64,000 nucleotides of DNA from an uncultured Actinomycetota bacterium (GTDB taxonomy: Bacteria > Actinomycetota > Actinomycetes > S36-B12 > UBA10799), in the NCBI GenBank assembly GCA_963733395.1, contig CAVTCZ010000009.1, positions 166,245 through 230,244 on the forward strand. Direction: 5' to 3'. Both the position numbers and the translations under genes were made by a program. Below are positions 35,634 through 44,781 of the stretch, piece after piece. The stretch's first letter is position 1. Every line of letters begins with the position of its first letter. Below the pieces are notes generated by a model. It ran no database searches. It was given only the letters and a program-made list of their open reading frames with translations, and was not told the DNA's origin.

Positions 35634-36713
35634 ATGCCGGAAACCACCGCTGACACCGACGCGCACCTGCGCGAACTGCGCACCGAGTTCGGTGACATCG
35701 TGTCGGGTTTCGTGCGCGAGCAGGTCGGTGTGCTCACCGCCATCAGCTCGGATCTGCTGCCGCTGCTGGACACGCTCGAGGACCTGCTGGACGGCGGCAA
35801 GCGACTGCGGCCCACCTTCGCCTACTGGGGCTGGCGCAGCGCCGGCGGCGCCGAGGACGGCCCGATCCTGACCGCAGCGGCGGCACTGGAGTTCCTGCAG
35901 GCCTGCGCCCTCATCCACGACGACGTCATGGATGGCTCCGACACCCGCCGGGGCAAGCCCGCTGCCCACCGCCGACTGGCATCCATGCACCGCTCGCACG
36001 GGTACCTCGGGTCGTCGGAGGACTTCGGGGTGGGATCTGCCATCCTGCTCGGCGACTTGTGCCTCAGCTGGTCCGACGAACTGCTCATGGCCAGCGGCCT
36101 GGACACCACAGCGCTCGCCGCGGCCAAACCGCTCTTCGATGAGATGCGCACGGAGCTGATGGCCGGCCAGTACCTCGACCTGCTGGAGCAGGTCCGGGGG
36201 GACTACAACCTCGACAGCGCGTTGCAGGTCGCCCGGTTCAAATCCGCCAAGTACACCGTGGAACGGCCGCTGCACATCGGAGCCGCGGCGGCGGGCGCCG
36301 GTCCCGAACACCTGGAACGGCTCACGGAGTTCGGCATCCCGCTGGGGGTGGCGTTCCAGTTGCGCGACGACATGCTCGGGGTGTTCGGCGATCCGCAGGA
36401 GACCGGCAAACCAGCTGGCGACGACCTGCGGGAGGGCAAGCGCACCGCCTTGGTGGCCATCGCGTGGGCGAATGCCGACGCCGTGCAACAAGACCTCCTG
36501 CGGCGGCACCTGGGCGACCCGGCCATCACCGCGGCGATGGTCGACGAGCTGCGATCGGTCATCACCGACACCGGCGCCCGGGCGGCGGTGGAGGCCATGA
36601 TCGACGAGCGCTTCGAGCAGTGTTCGACGGTCGTTCGGGACATGGACATCGACGGCCCAACCCGGGCGGCGTTCGAGCGACTGCTCGTGCTGGCCACCCG
36701 CCGGAGCGCCTGA
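35634..36713 (+). CDS. crtE: Polyprenyl (geranylgeranyl) diphosphate synthase
   Basis: ATG 35634. First DDxxD motif is in LIHDDVMDGSDTRRG and the second is in FQLRDDMLGVFGD. Confidence 0.85.
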   Translation: MPETTADTDAHLRELRTEFGDIVSGFVREQVGVLTAISSDLLPLLDTLEDLLDGGKRLRPTFAYWGWRSAGGAEDGPILTAAAALEFLQACALIHDDVMDGSDTRRGKPAAHRRLASMHRSHGYLGSSEDFGVGSAILLGDLCLSWSDELLMASGLDTTALAAAKPLFDEMRTELMAGQYLDLLEQVRGDYNLDSALQVARFKSAKYTVERPLHIGAAAAGAGPEHLERLTEFGIPLGVAFQLRDDMLGVFGDPQETGKPAGDDLREGKRTALVAIAWANADAVQQDLLRRHLGDPAITAAMVDELRSVITDTGARAAVEAMIDERFEQCSTVVRDMDIDGPTRAAFERLLVLATRRSA

Positions 36714-38203
36714 TGTTCACCGTGAAGGGTCCCACCACGCGGGTCGTGGTGGTGGGGGCGGGTCTGGGCGGGCTGTCCGCTGCGATGCGCCTGGCGGGGG
36801 CCGGCCGGGAGGTCGTGCTGCTGGAGCGCGAGCAGGTACCCGGTGGGCGTGTCGGCCGCCTGCAGATCGGCGGTTATTCCTTCGACACCGGCGCCACCGT
36901 ACTCACCATGCCAGATCTGATCGACGATGCCTTCGCGTCACTCGGTGAGGACTACCGGGACTGGCTCGACCTGATCCCGCTGGACCCGGCCTACCGCGCG
37001 TTCTACCCCGACGGTTCCTCCTTGGACGTGTTCTCCGATCCTGAGCGGATGGCGGCGGAGATCGAAGCCCGGATCGGGTCCGACGAGGCGGCTGGTTACC
37101 GCCGGTTCGTTGACTACGTGGCCACCATGTACTCCCTCGAGATCCGCGACTTCATGGATCGCAACATCGACAGCCCGCTTGACTTGCTCACCCCGAACCT
37201 CGCACGGCTGGTGGCCCTGGGGGGCTTCGGCAAGCTACAGCCAAAGGTGGACTCCTTCCTCAAGGATCCGCGCACGCGGCGCGTCTTCTCCTTCCAGGCG
37301 CTGTACGCCGGGCTGTCACCGCACAAGGCACTGGCCCTCTACTCGGTCATCTCCTACATGGATTCGGTGGCTGGCGTCTTCCTCCCCCGGGGCGGCATGC
37401 ACGCCCTGCCACGGGCCATGGCCGATGCCGCCGCCAAGCGCGGGGTCACCATCCACTACGGCGTGACCGTGGACGGCGTGGAGACCGTCGGGGACCGCGC
37501 CACGGCGGTGACAACCACCGACGGCATGCGGTTCCCCGCGGATGTGGTCGTGCTCAACCCCGACCTGCCGGTGGCCTACCGGGATCTGCTGGGACGCGAG
37601 CCGGCCCGGCTGAAACTGCTGACGTACTCGCCGAGCTGCTGGCTGATGCTGGCTGGCTCCTCAGCACAATACTCACGCATCGCCCACCACAACATCCACT
37701 TCGGCCGTGCGTGGCGGGAAACGTTCGCCGAGCTCGAGGCCGGCGAACTCCAGTCCGACCCGAGTTTCCTCGTCACCCACCCCACCCACACCGAGCCATC
37801 GCTGGCCCCGGACGGCAAGCACAGTTACTACGTACTGTTCCCGACCCCGAACACGCAAGGCTCGGTTCGGTGGCCGCAACCGGGCTTCCGGGAGAACGCG
37901 CTGGCGCTGATGGAAAAGCGCGGGTACACCGGGTTCAGCGATGCGATCGAGGTCGAGGACATCACCGACCCGTCCGACTGGGAGGCCCGTGGGATGGCCG
38001 CCGGCGCCCCGTTCAGCGCATCCCACCGCCTCCTGCAGACTGGACCCTTCCGTCCCGCCAACCACTGGGGCCAGAACGTGGTCTTTGTGGGTTCCGGGAC
38101 CCAGCCCGGGGTGTCGGTGCCGATGGTGCTCATCAGCGGGCGGCTGGCCGCCGAGCGGATCGTCGGTCCTGATCCGGGGTACCGTTCCGCCGCCTGGCGC
38201 TGA
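36713..38203 (+). CDS. crtI: Phytoene desaturase
   Basis: ATG 36713 (TGATG overlap with crtE). MFTVKGPTTRVVVVGAGLGGLSAAMRLAGAGREVVLLE, with C-terminal FVGSGTQPGVSVPMVLISG. Confidence 0.88.
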   Translation: MFTVKGPTTRVVVVGAGLGGLSAAMRLAGAGREVVLLEREQVPGGRVGRLQIGGYSFDTGATVLTMPDLIDDAFASLGEDYRDWLDLIPLDPAYRAFYPDGSSLDVFSDPERMAAEIEARIGSDEAAGYRRFVDYVATMYSLEIRDFMDRNIDSPLDLLTPNLARLVALGGFGKLQPKVDSFLKDPRTRRVFSFQALYAGLSPHKALALYSVISYMDSVAGVFLPRGGMHALPRAMADAAAKRGVTIHYGVTVDGVETVGDRATAVTTTDGMRFPADVVVLNPDLPVAYRDLLGREPARLKLLTYSPSCWLMLAGSSAQYSRIAHHNIHFGRAWRETFAELEAGELQSDPSFLVTHPTHTEPSLAPDGKHSYYVLFPTPNTQGSVRWPQPGFRENALALMEKRGYTGFSDAIEVEDITDPSDWEARGMAAGAPFSASHRLLQTGPFRPANHWGQNVVFVGSGTQPGVSVPMVLISGRLAAERIVGPDPGYRSAAWR

Positions 38204-38353
38204 GTGGCGCTGCCCGGCCTCCCGCAGGGACCTGCGTGTTCCCCGGTGATGTGCTCCCGTTGTGGCGTGCTCGCTCCGCAACGGCGCACCGCCCTGGGTG
38301 GACCACCCGGGTGGTGCGTTCCGCTGCCACCGAGGCGGTATGCCTCTCCGGCC

Positions 38354-38416
38354 GGGGTTTTGTGACGCTGTTACCCTGCCGCCTCGGCGTGTCGGGGAAA
38401 CAACGTCACATCACCC
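38354..38416. repeat. Family-B hairpin repeat, copy B1 (possible bidirectional terminator between convergent genes)
   Basis: GGGGTTTTGTGACGCTGTTACCC...GGGGAAACAACGTCACATCACCC has arms of about 16 nt and a loop of about 17 nt. It is similar to 49543..49603. Confidence 0.75.
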
Positions 38417-38459
38417 GTCGAAGGGTGCGGCGCAACACTCGTCGCCCCCAGCCACCCAC

Positions 38460-40028
38460 CTACCGCGCGATGACCATCCGGTCGAAGCGCGCCTGCGACG
38501 GCCGGTCGTCGGGCACCAACCCGCGGTCCTCGGAATCCCCGAGCAGCAGCACCCGCTCCCGTGGCGATGCCCACACGATGATGGCCAGCAACCCGGCGAC
38601 GAACAGCAGGCCGAGGCCGTCCCCGAACTCGAACAGGGCATCGCTGGTGGCACTTGTACCCGCGACCCCGTGCAACGTGAGCACTGCGGTCAGCAGCAAC
38701 GTCGTATGCAGCCAGCGCGCGGCCATGCCGGCGGCAGCCAGCAGGGGCAACGACCACAACAGGTACCAGGGCTGCACGACCGGGCCGAGCACGACGACGG
38801 TCAGCAGTGCCATCCCGGCACCCCGGACTGCGGAGCGGCCTCGGGGCTTGAACACCAACCACGCCAGAATGCCCACAGCCAGCAGCGTGGCGATCCCCCG
38901 GAACACGGCGACGGCCACGTCCATGTGATCGCCCAGTCCCACTGCCCGGATCAGTCCACTGACGATCATGCCCGCGGCCGTGGGTGGGGACAGCCAGGTG
39001 CGGATGGCCCCGGGAGTCGACAGCGCTGCGATCCAGCCGAGGCCGGTACCCGAGACCATGCCCAGTCCCACCACCACCGCGACCGTGATCGCGCCGGAAG
39101 CGGCCCAATAGCGGATGCGCGCCCACCATCCGGCGTTGACCCCGGCCCAGATGAGCCCGATGAACGGCAGCGCCACCAGGGCGATGGGCTTGACGCTGAC
39201 GGCCAGTGCCAGGGCCAGGGTACCCGCGATCGGGTGGTAGTCGACGGCCCACAGCAAGCCGACCACGACGGCCGCGGCCATGAGCGCATCGTTGTGTGCA
39301 CCGGCGACGAAATGCATGAGCACCAACGGGTTCAGCACCGCCAGCCACAACGCCTTGGCCTCACTGATGCCGTGACGCTGGGCCAGCGCGGGGACAGCGA
39401 CGGCCAGGATGGCGACGGCCAGCAGCGCCCACAACCGGAACGCGATCGCCGCCCACACCGGGTGCGGGCCGACGAATTCGGCCACGCCTCGCTCGATGAG
39501 CAGGAACAGCGGTCCATACGGTGTCGGGGATTCCGCCCAGAGCGGGTCGGCTCCGTCGTTGAACCACCCGGATTCCGCCGCCACCCCCACGTCGTACGGG
39601 TTGAGCCCCTGGATGAGCAACTTGCCCTGTGTGAAGTAGGCGTAGGCGTCACGGCTGAACAACGGCGGCGTCACCACCAAGGGGGCGCACCAGGCGACCA
39701 GCGTCCACCACAGGGACTGCAGGTCGGTGACCCGGCCCCGCAGGACGTCGTACCCGAGTACCAGCCATGCCTGCAGCACGAGTGCCATACCGACGATCAC
39801 GCAGAACCGCGCCAGCGCCACTCCGACTCCCGGCGACCGCAGCGCCTCGACCACGGAGTTGCCGTACAGGGAGGTGTTGACCGGCAACCAGCCGACCCCC
39901 AGCGATCCGATCGCCACGATGATCGAACCGACCAGCCCGACCACCACGTAATGCACGAAGAACGAATGCTGCCGGGGGGCGTCGGTCGCCGGATCCACGC
40001 CGGCCTCCCCGTCGCTACCCTCACCCAT
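38460..40028 (-). CDS. mptA: Polyprenol-phosphate-mannose-dependent alpha-(1->6)-mannosyltransferase (MptA/MptB-like GT-C)
   Basis: 522-aa polytopic ORF with FSRDAYAYFTQGKLLIQGLNPYD near the N-terminus. It sits in the syntenic position of Rv2174. Confidence 0.65.
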   Translation of the reverse strand: MGEGSDGEAGVDPATDAPRQHSFFVHYVVVGLVGSIIVAIGSLGVGWLPVNTSLYGNSVVEALRSPGVGVALARFCVIVGMALVLQAWLVLGYDVLRGRVTDLQSLWWTLVAWCAPLVVTPPLFSRDAYAYFTQGKLLIQGLNPYDVGVAAESGWFNDGADPLWAESPTPYGPLFLLIERGVAEFVGPHPVWAAIAFRLWALLAVAILAVAVPALAQRHGISEAKALWLAVLNPLVLMHFVAGAHNDALMAAAVVVGLLWAVDYHPIAGTLALALAVSVKPIALVALPFIGLIWAGVNAGWWARIRYWAASGAITVAVVVGLGMVSGTGLGWIAALSTPGAIRTWLSPPTAAGMIVSGLIRAVGLGDHMDVAVAVFRGIATLLAVGILAWLVFKPRGRSAVRGAGMALLTVVVLGPVVQPWYLLWSLPLLAAAGMAARWLHTTLLLTAVLTLHGVAGTSATSDALFEFGDGLGLLFVAGLLAIIVWASPRERVLLLGDSEDRGLVPDDRPSQARFDRMVIAR

Positions 40029-40128
40029 GCGTTCCTCCCGGGGTCATCCTGTCATGGGCCAGGGGGCCGCCCCACGCCGTCCGGACACCCGCGGTGGCGC
40101 GGTGGTGCTCACGCGTCACAATGAGCGC

Positions 40129-41040
40129 ATGTCCGCCGCGAAGGAGTTGCAGGCCGCCGGCATCACCGATCCGGTGTTGCGGGCGTCGTACCTGCGCTGC
40201 CGCGAGCTCAACGCAGCGCATGGCAAGACCTATTTCTTGGCCACGCGTCTGCTGCCGGCCGCGAAACGCCCGTACGTGCATGCGCTGTACGGGCTTGCCC
40301 GCTACGCCGACGAGATCGTCGACACCATCGACCCGGCCTTCACCCCCCAGCAGCGCGCCGACGAGTTGGGGCGCTGGTCGCAGGCCTTCATGACCGACCT
40401 GGATCGCGGACACAGTACCGACCCGGTGGCGGCGGCAGCCGTGGACACCGCGCAGCGCTGGTCCATCCCGGCCGAGTACTTCGCCGCCTTCTTCCACTCC
40501 ATGCGCATGGATCTGACCGTGGAGCAGTACCAGTCGTACGAGGATCTCAGCGAGTACGTCTACGGCTCGGCCGCGGTGATCGGCCTGCAGATGGTGCCGA
40601 TCCTGGAACCTCGCAGCGAGCGGGCCTACGACCATGCCCGCGACCTGGGAATCGCATTCCAACTGGCCAACTTCATCCGCGATGTGGGCGAGGACCTGCT
40701 ACGAGGTCGGATCTATCTGCCCCTGGACGAACTCGCCGGCCACGGCGTGACCCCCGACACCATCCGGGCCCACCGCGTGGACGACTCCTGGCGGGAGGCA
40801 CTGGCCGAGCAGATCGGCCGGGTGCGCATGCTGCAGGCACGGGCCAATCCCGGCATCGCGATGCTGCATCCCACCTCACAACCCTGCATCGCGGCGGCCA
40901 GCGAGTTGTACTGCGGAATCGTCGACGAGGTCGAGGCCCACGACTACGACGTCTTCGGTCACCGGGCCAGGGTTCCGGTCCGCCGGCGCCTGGCCGTGGC
41001 CGGACCTGCGGCGGTCAGGGCAGTACGGGCCCGTCGGTGA
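40129..41040 (+). CDS. crtB: Phytoene synthase
   Basis: ATG 40129. Contains HGKTYFLATRLLP, YGLARYADEIVD and FQLANFIRDVGEDL motifs. Confidence 0.9.
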   Translation: MSAAKELQAAGITDPVLRASYLRCRELNAAHGKTYFLATRLLPAAKRPYVHALYGLARYADEIVDTIDPAFTPQQRADELGRWSQAFMTDLDRGHSTDPVAAAAVDTAQRWSIPAEYFAAFFHSMRMDLTVEQYQSYEDLSEYVYGSAAVIGLQMVPILEPRSERAYDHARDLGIAFQLANFIRDVGEDLLRGRIYLPLDELAGHGVTPDTIRAHRVDDSWREALAEQIGRVRMLQARANPGIAMLHPTSQPCIAAASELYCGIVDEVEAHDYDVFGHRARVPVRRRLAVAGPAAVRAVRARR

Positions 41041-41419
41041 CTTCGGGGCGCTCCCACCGCGGCGGACCCGACACCGGCTCGCGCTGCACCCCCCGGCGAC
41101 CCCAGTAGATCCACAGCACCTGCGACCAGAGCACCATCGCGAAGCCGAAGAGCAGATCCTCCACCGGCGCGAAAGCGATGCGGCCGTCACCGATGAAAGG
41201 TGGCCGCACGCCCTCGGGACTCGGACCGCCGATGATCACCGCGCCGTCGTAGTGCACCGTGCCGCTGGCGGTGAGCACACCGTTGGACAGCAGCTGGAAG
41301 AACAGGATGATCGCATAGGACACCCAGAAGACCCGGCGGGTCACCAACCGGGTGCGCAACAACAGGTCGAGGGCCACCGCCAGCGCGACCGCGCACACGG
41401 CGATCTGCGTGTAGGTCAT
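41015..41419 (-). CDS. Lycopene cyclase domain protein (heterodimeric CrtYc/Yd-type subunit)
   Basis: 134-aa small polytopic ORF with PVEDLLFGFAMV. Start overlaps the stop of the adjacent second subunit. Confidence 0.75.
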   Translation of the reverse strand: MTYTQIAVCAVALAVALDLLLRTRLVTRRVFWVSYAIILFFQLLSNGVLTASGTVHYDGAVIIGGPSPEGVRPPFIGDGRIAFAPVEDLLFGFAMVLWSQVLWIYWGRRGVQREPVSGPPRWERPEVTDGPVLP

Positions 41420-41730
41420 GCCGGCTCATCCCCGGCAGGCCAGCGGCGCGCGGCCCGGACGGCCTCCAGGCTGAGGATCCCCGCGACCGGCACCACCAGG
41501 AAGAACAGCAACTCCTCGACCGGCAGGATGCCGATCTGCAGACCCGTCATGTTGTGGAAGTGCCAGTGCTCACGCGAGATCGCGTACCAGTCCCACAGCA
41601 CCAGCGGCACGAGCGTTCCGGCAAGTGTCAGGAGCAGTCGGCGCCAGCGCTGGAACACGCGGGTCCGGACGACGACCTCCAGCCAGGCGCTGGCCAGGAA
41701 GATCCCGGCGAGCACGGCGAGGTAGATCAC
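41416..41730 (-). CDS. Lycopene cyclase domain protein (second subunit)
   Basis: GTG 41728-41730 (GTGA overlap with the upstream PNPOx-like gene). (V)IYLAVLAGIFLASAWLE...LPVEELLFFLVVP, 104 aa. Confidence 0.7.
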   Translation of the reverse strand: MIYLAVLAGIFLASAWLEVVVRTRVFQRWRRLLLTLAGTLVPLVLWDWYAISREHWHFHNMTGLQIGILPVEELLFFLVVPVAGILSLEAVRAARRWPAGDEPA

Positions 41731-42194
41731 TTCGGCGCCATCTTCGCATGGTCCCAGGAGACGATCCGGGCCAACGACAGTCCCATCGCCACCTGTTTGG
41801 GGGCCCGCTGCGCGTACGCCGCCTCCAGTGCCGGGATGTGCTCGGGATCGACGCCCTCGTACTTGACCATCAAGCGGGCCGCCACCCAGCAGATGCGCTC
41901 GACGTCGTCGCTGATCTGCAGGTCCCCGGTGATCTGGACCCCGCGCAGTTCCACATAGTGGTCGCCGGTCTCGATCAGCGCGCAGCATCGGCCGTCGCGG
42001 CGGGCGTTGAGCACCTTCTGGCTCTTCCCATAGGTGCGCATCCACAACATGTCGCCGTCGATCACGTACCACATGGGCGTTATGTCCGGATATCCGTCGG
42101 GGCCGTAGAGGGCCAGTTGCACGGTCCCGCCCTCCTCCAAGAAGGCCCGGATCTCGTCTGCGGACATCGCGATGTCACTGCGCTGTTTGGGCAT
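41727..42194 (-). CDS. Pyridoxamine 5'-phosphate oxidase-family (PPOX/F420-type) protein
   Basis: ATG 42192-42194. MPKQRSDIAMSADEIRAFLEEGGTVQLALYGPDGYPDITPMWYV... is a split-barrel pattern. Confidence 0.7.
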   Translation of the reverse strand: MPKQRSDIAMSADEIRAFLEEGGTVQLALYGPDGYPDITPMWYVIDGDMLWMRTYGKSQKVLNARRDGRCCALIETGDHYVELRGVQITGDLQISDDVERICWVAARLMVKYEGVDPEHIPALEAAYAQRAPKQVAMGLSLARIVSWDHAKMAPK

Positions 42195-42255
42195 GGAACC
42201 CATCATGTCCGGCCAATGCGTCGGGCGACACCGGGGGCGAACGTACAATTTGCCC

Positions 42256-44190
42256 GTGCGCACCAGTTCGGATCTCAGCGGCCGCGTGCTCGACGCGCGC
42301 TACCGCGTGGACCGGGTGGTGGCCACCGGTGGCATGGGCACCGTGTACGAGGGATTCGACAACCGGCTCGAACGGGTCGTGGCCGTCAAAGTCATGAACG
42401 ACAACCTCGTGTACGAACCCGGGTTCACCGAGCGGTTCGTGACGGAGGCCCGCGCTGCCGCCCGACTCTCGGACCCGCACGTGGTCGCCGTGTACGACCG
42501 CGGCCGGACCGCGGACGCCGTGTACCTGATCATGGAGTACGTCCAGGGCCGCACGCTGCGGCGGGAACTCACGTTCGGCGGCCGGTTGCCGGTGGCGCGA
42601 GCACTGGACATCCTGACCGGGGTGCTCAAGGGCCTGCAGGCCGCCCACTCCGCCGGTTTCGTGCACGGGGACATCAAGCCGGAGAACGTCCTGCTCGGCG
42701 ATCGGGGCGACGTCAAGGTGACCGACTTCGGGTTGGCCCGGGCCATCGAGGACGGCGATCACCGCGCCTCCCTGCTGCTCGGCACGGCCGCGTACCTGGC
42801 ACCCGAGCAGGCCTCCGACCGCACCCCTGACCCCCGCAGCGACCTCTACAGCACGGGCATCCTGCTGTTCGAGATGCTCACCGGGCATGTCCCCTTCCGC
42901 GCCGACACCCCTGATGACGTCCTGGAGCTGCACCAGACGCAGCGCGTCCCCGACCCGAGTGCTTTCGTGGACGTCGGCGCCGGCTTCGACGCCCTGTGCG
43001 AGAAGGCCACGACCAAGGACCCGAAGGACCGCTATCAGACGGCCACCGAGATGCTGATCGCCGTCGCTGAACTGCGCCGGCAAGCCGATCCCCACGCCGG
43101 TGTGCCGGCGTTGCGAGCCAGCGCCCCGGCGGTCGCCGCGGCGATGGTGGTCCCGGAGACCCTGGTGGTCCAGTCCGAACTGCCGCCTGTGGCGCCGGTC
43201 GCCGTCGAGGAGCCGCCAGCGCCGGAACCCGGACCCGCCCCGGCCGTGGCCGTTGTCGGGCCACCCTCGACCCCGCCACCGCCGACCACGACCGGCAAGC
43301 CCCGCAAACGCCGGCGCGGACTCGCCCTGGCGCTGCTGGCACTGCTGGCCGCGGTCGTCGGCTACTTCGCGTGGCAACTGGGCACTCAGGACACGATCGC
43401 CACCCCGAAGCTCGCCGGGATGACCCGATCCGAAGCGCTGGCCGCCTTGAACGAAGTCGGGCTCACCATGCGCGTCACGGATGAGCAGTACTCGGAGAAG
43501 CGCGAGGCGGGCACGATCATCAGCAGCGACCCCGGCGCGGGCGACCGGGTGGCGGCCAACGGAACGGTGTCGGTGGTGCTGTCCAAAGGCCCGGAACGTT
43601 ACCGCGTGCCGCGCGTGCGGGGCATGAGCCAGGAAGCGGCCAGCCAGGCCCTGGAAGCGGTCAACCTGCGCACGGGGCAGATCCTGCAGGACTACAGCCG
43701 CAAGGTGCCGGAGGGCCAGGTCGTCAAGACCAACCCGGCGGCGGGCAGCCCGCTCAAGCGCGACACCGAGGTGGCCCTGACCATCTCCCAGGGGCCGGAA
43801 CCGGTGGTCGTCCCGGACGTGCGCAACATGACCGCGGAGCAGGCGCAGGCGACGCTCATCGGCAGCGGCCTCAAGCCGCGTACCAGCGAGCAGTTCGACG
43901 AGTCGGTGCCCTTCGGCCGGGTGATCAGCACCGATCCGGGCAACGGCACCACCGCCTACCGCGGCGACAAGGTGCAACTCGTGGTCTCCAAGGGTTCGCA
44001 GTACGTGGCCGTTCCCAGTGTCATCGGCATGGACACCGACTCCGCCACGGCCACGCTCGAGAACGCGGGCTTCCGGGTCACGACCGAGGAACAGTTCGGC
44101 GTGACGATCGCCAACCGGGTGCTCTCGCAGGATCCGGCCGCCGGGACGCAGGTCACCCGCGGAACCTTGGTGACGCTCACAATCACTTGA
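42256..44190 (+). CDS. Ser/Thr protein kinase with four C-terminal PASTA domains (non-RD: HGD instead of HRD)
   Basis: GTG 42256. Contains GGMGTVYEG, VAVKVM, VHGDIKPENVLL and DFGLA, then a Pro-rich linker, a TM helix (LALALLALLAAVVGYFAW) and 4 PASTA-like units. Confidence 0.88.
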   Translation: MRTSSDLSGRVLDARYRVDRVVATGGMGTVYEGFDNRLERVVAVKVMNDNLVYEPGFTERFVTEARAAARLSDPHVVAVYDRGRTADAVYLIMEYVQGRTLRRELTFGGRLPVARALDILTGVLKGLQAAHSAGFVHGDIKPENVLLGDRGDVKVTDFGLARAIEDGDHRASLLLGTAAYLAPEQASDRTPDPRSDLYSTGILLFEMLTGHVPFRADTPDDVLELHQTQRVPDPSAFVDVGAGFDALCEKATTKDPKDRYQTATEMLIAVAELRRQADPHAGVPALRASAPAVAAAMVVPETLVVQSELPPVAPVAVEEPPAPEPGPAPAVAVVGPPSTPPPPTTTGKPRKRRRGLALALLALLAAVVGYFAWQLGTQDTIATPKLAGMTRSEALAALNEVGLTMRVTDEQYSEKREAGTIISSDPGAGDRVAANGTVSVVLSKGPERYRVPRVRGMSQEAASQALEAVNLRTGQILQDYSRKVPEGQVVKTNPAAGSPLKRDTEVALTISQGPEPVVVPDVRNMTAEQAQATLIGSGLKPRTSEQFDESVPFGRVISTDPGNGTTAYRGDKVQLVVSKGSQYVAVPSVIGMDTDSATATLENAGFRVTTEEQFGVTIANRVLSQDPAAGTQVTRGTLVTLTIT

Positions 44191-44249
44191 GGCTGCGGGC
44201 CGCATTCGGGGCCCGCTGGTGAGACTCCTCGTGGCCCGGCGGCCACCTG

Positions 44250-44462
44250 GTGATCAATGAGATGCTGGATGGCACTGGCGCCACCGCATCGATCGACCTG
44301 CCGGTGGGCGATTCCACCGTGGGGCCCAGTCACGATCACGGCGTTCTGTTGCTCACGCTGGCCTCCGGAACAGCCTGGCGTTTCACCCCCGTGTCGCGCG
44401 TCGGGAGTTGGTTCAAGGGCGGCGCCGATCTCGTCGACGGCCTGGCCCGCAAGTGTCTGTAA
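44250..44462 (+). CDS. Hypothetical small protein (70 aa)
   Basis: The only support is coding-like codon bias (about 80% G/C at third positions by hand count). No recognisable motif. Confidence 0.25.
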   Translation: MINEMLDGTGATASIDLPVGDSTVGPSHDHGVLLLTLASGTAWRFTPVSRVGSWFKGGADLVDGLARKCL

Positions 44463-44474
44463 CCGGGCTGGGGT

Positions 44475-44662
44475 ATGTACCTGCCGGGGTTGGTGGCCGA
44501 CTCCTCGGGCCGGCACGGGGCCGAGTGCTGACGATGTTGCGGGGTCCGACCGGTGCGGTTCGTCACGACATTGCGGGCTGCCGGCCGCGATTCGACCACG
44601 CACCTTCGCTGACAAACCAGCCGGACAGCACGCAACTTCGTCAAACAAGACCGCCCGCGGCG
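44475..44662 (-). repeat. Family-A intergenic repeat, copy A3 (reverse orientation, most diverged)
   Basis: ...GCCGGGGTTGGTGGCCGACTCCTCGGGCCGGCACGG...GACGATGTTGCGGGGTCCG...GTTCGTCACGACATTGCGGGCTGCCGG...TTCGTCAAACAAGACCGCCCGCGG aligns with the reverse complement of A1/A2. Confidence 0.8.
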
Positions 44663-44781
44663 ACAGCCCGTCAAGGCCACAGTGACTCACGACATGTGCC
44701 GTTGGTGCGGGGCTGTCCCGTGGTGAGCAAGGACACGCGTGCAGCCGCTCACGAACCGAACCGGGCGGTTCCAGGCTCCGG

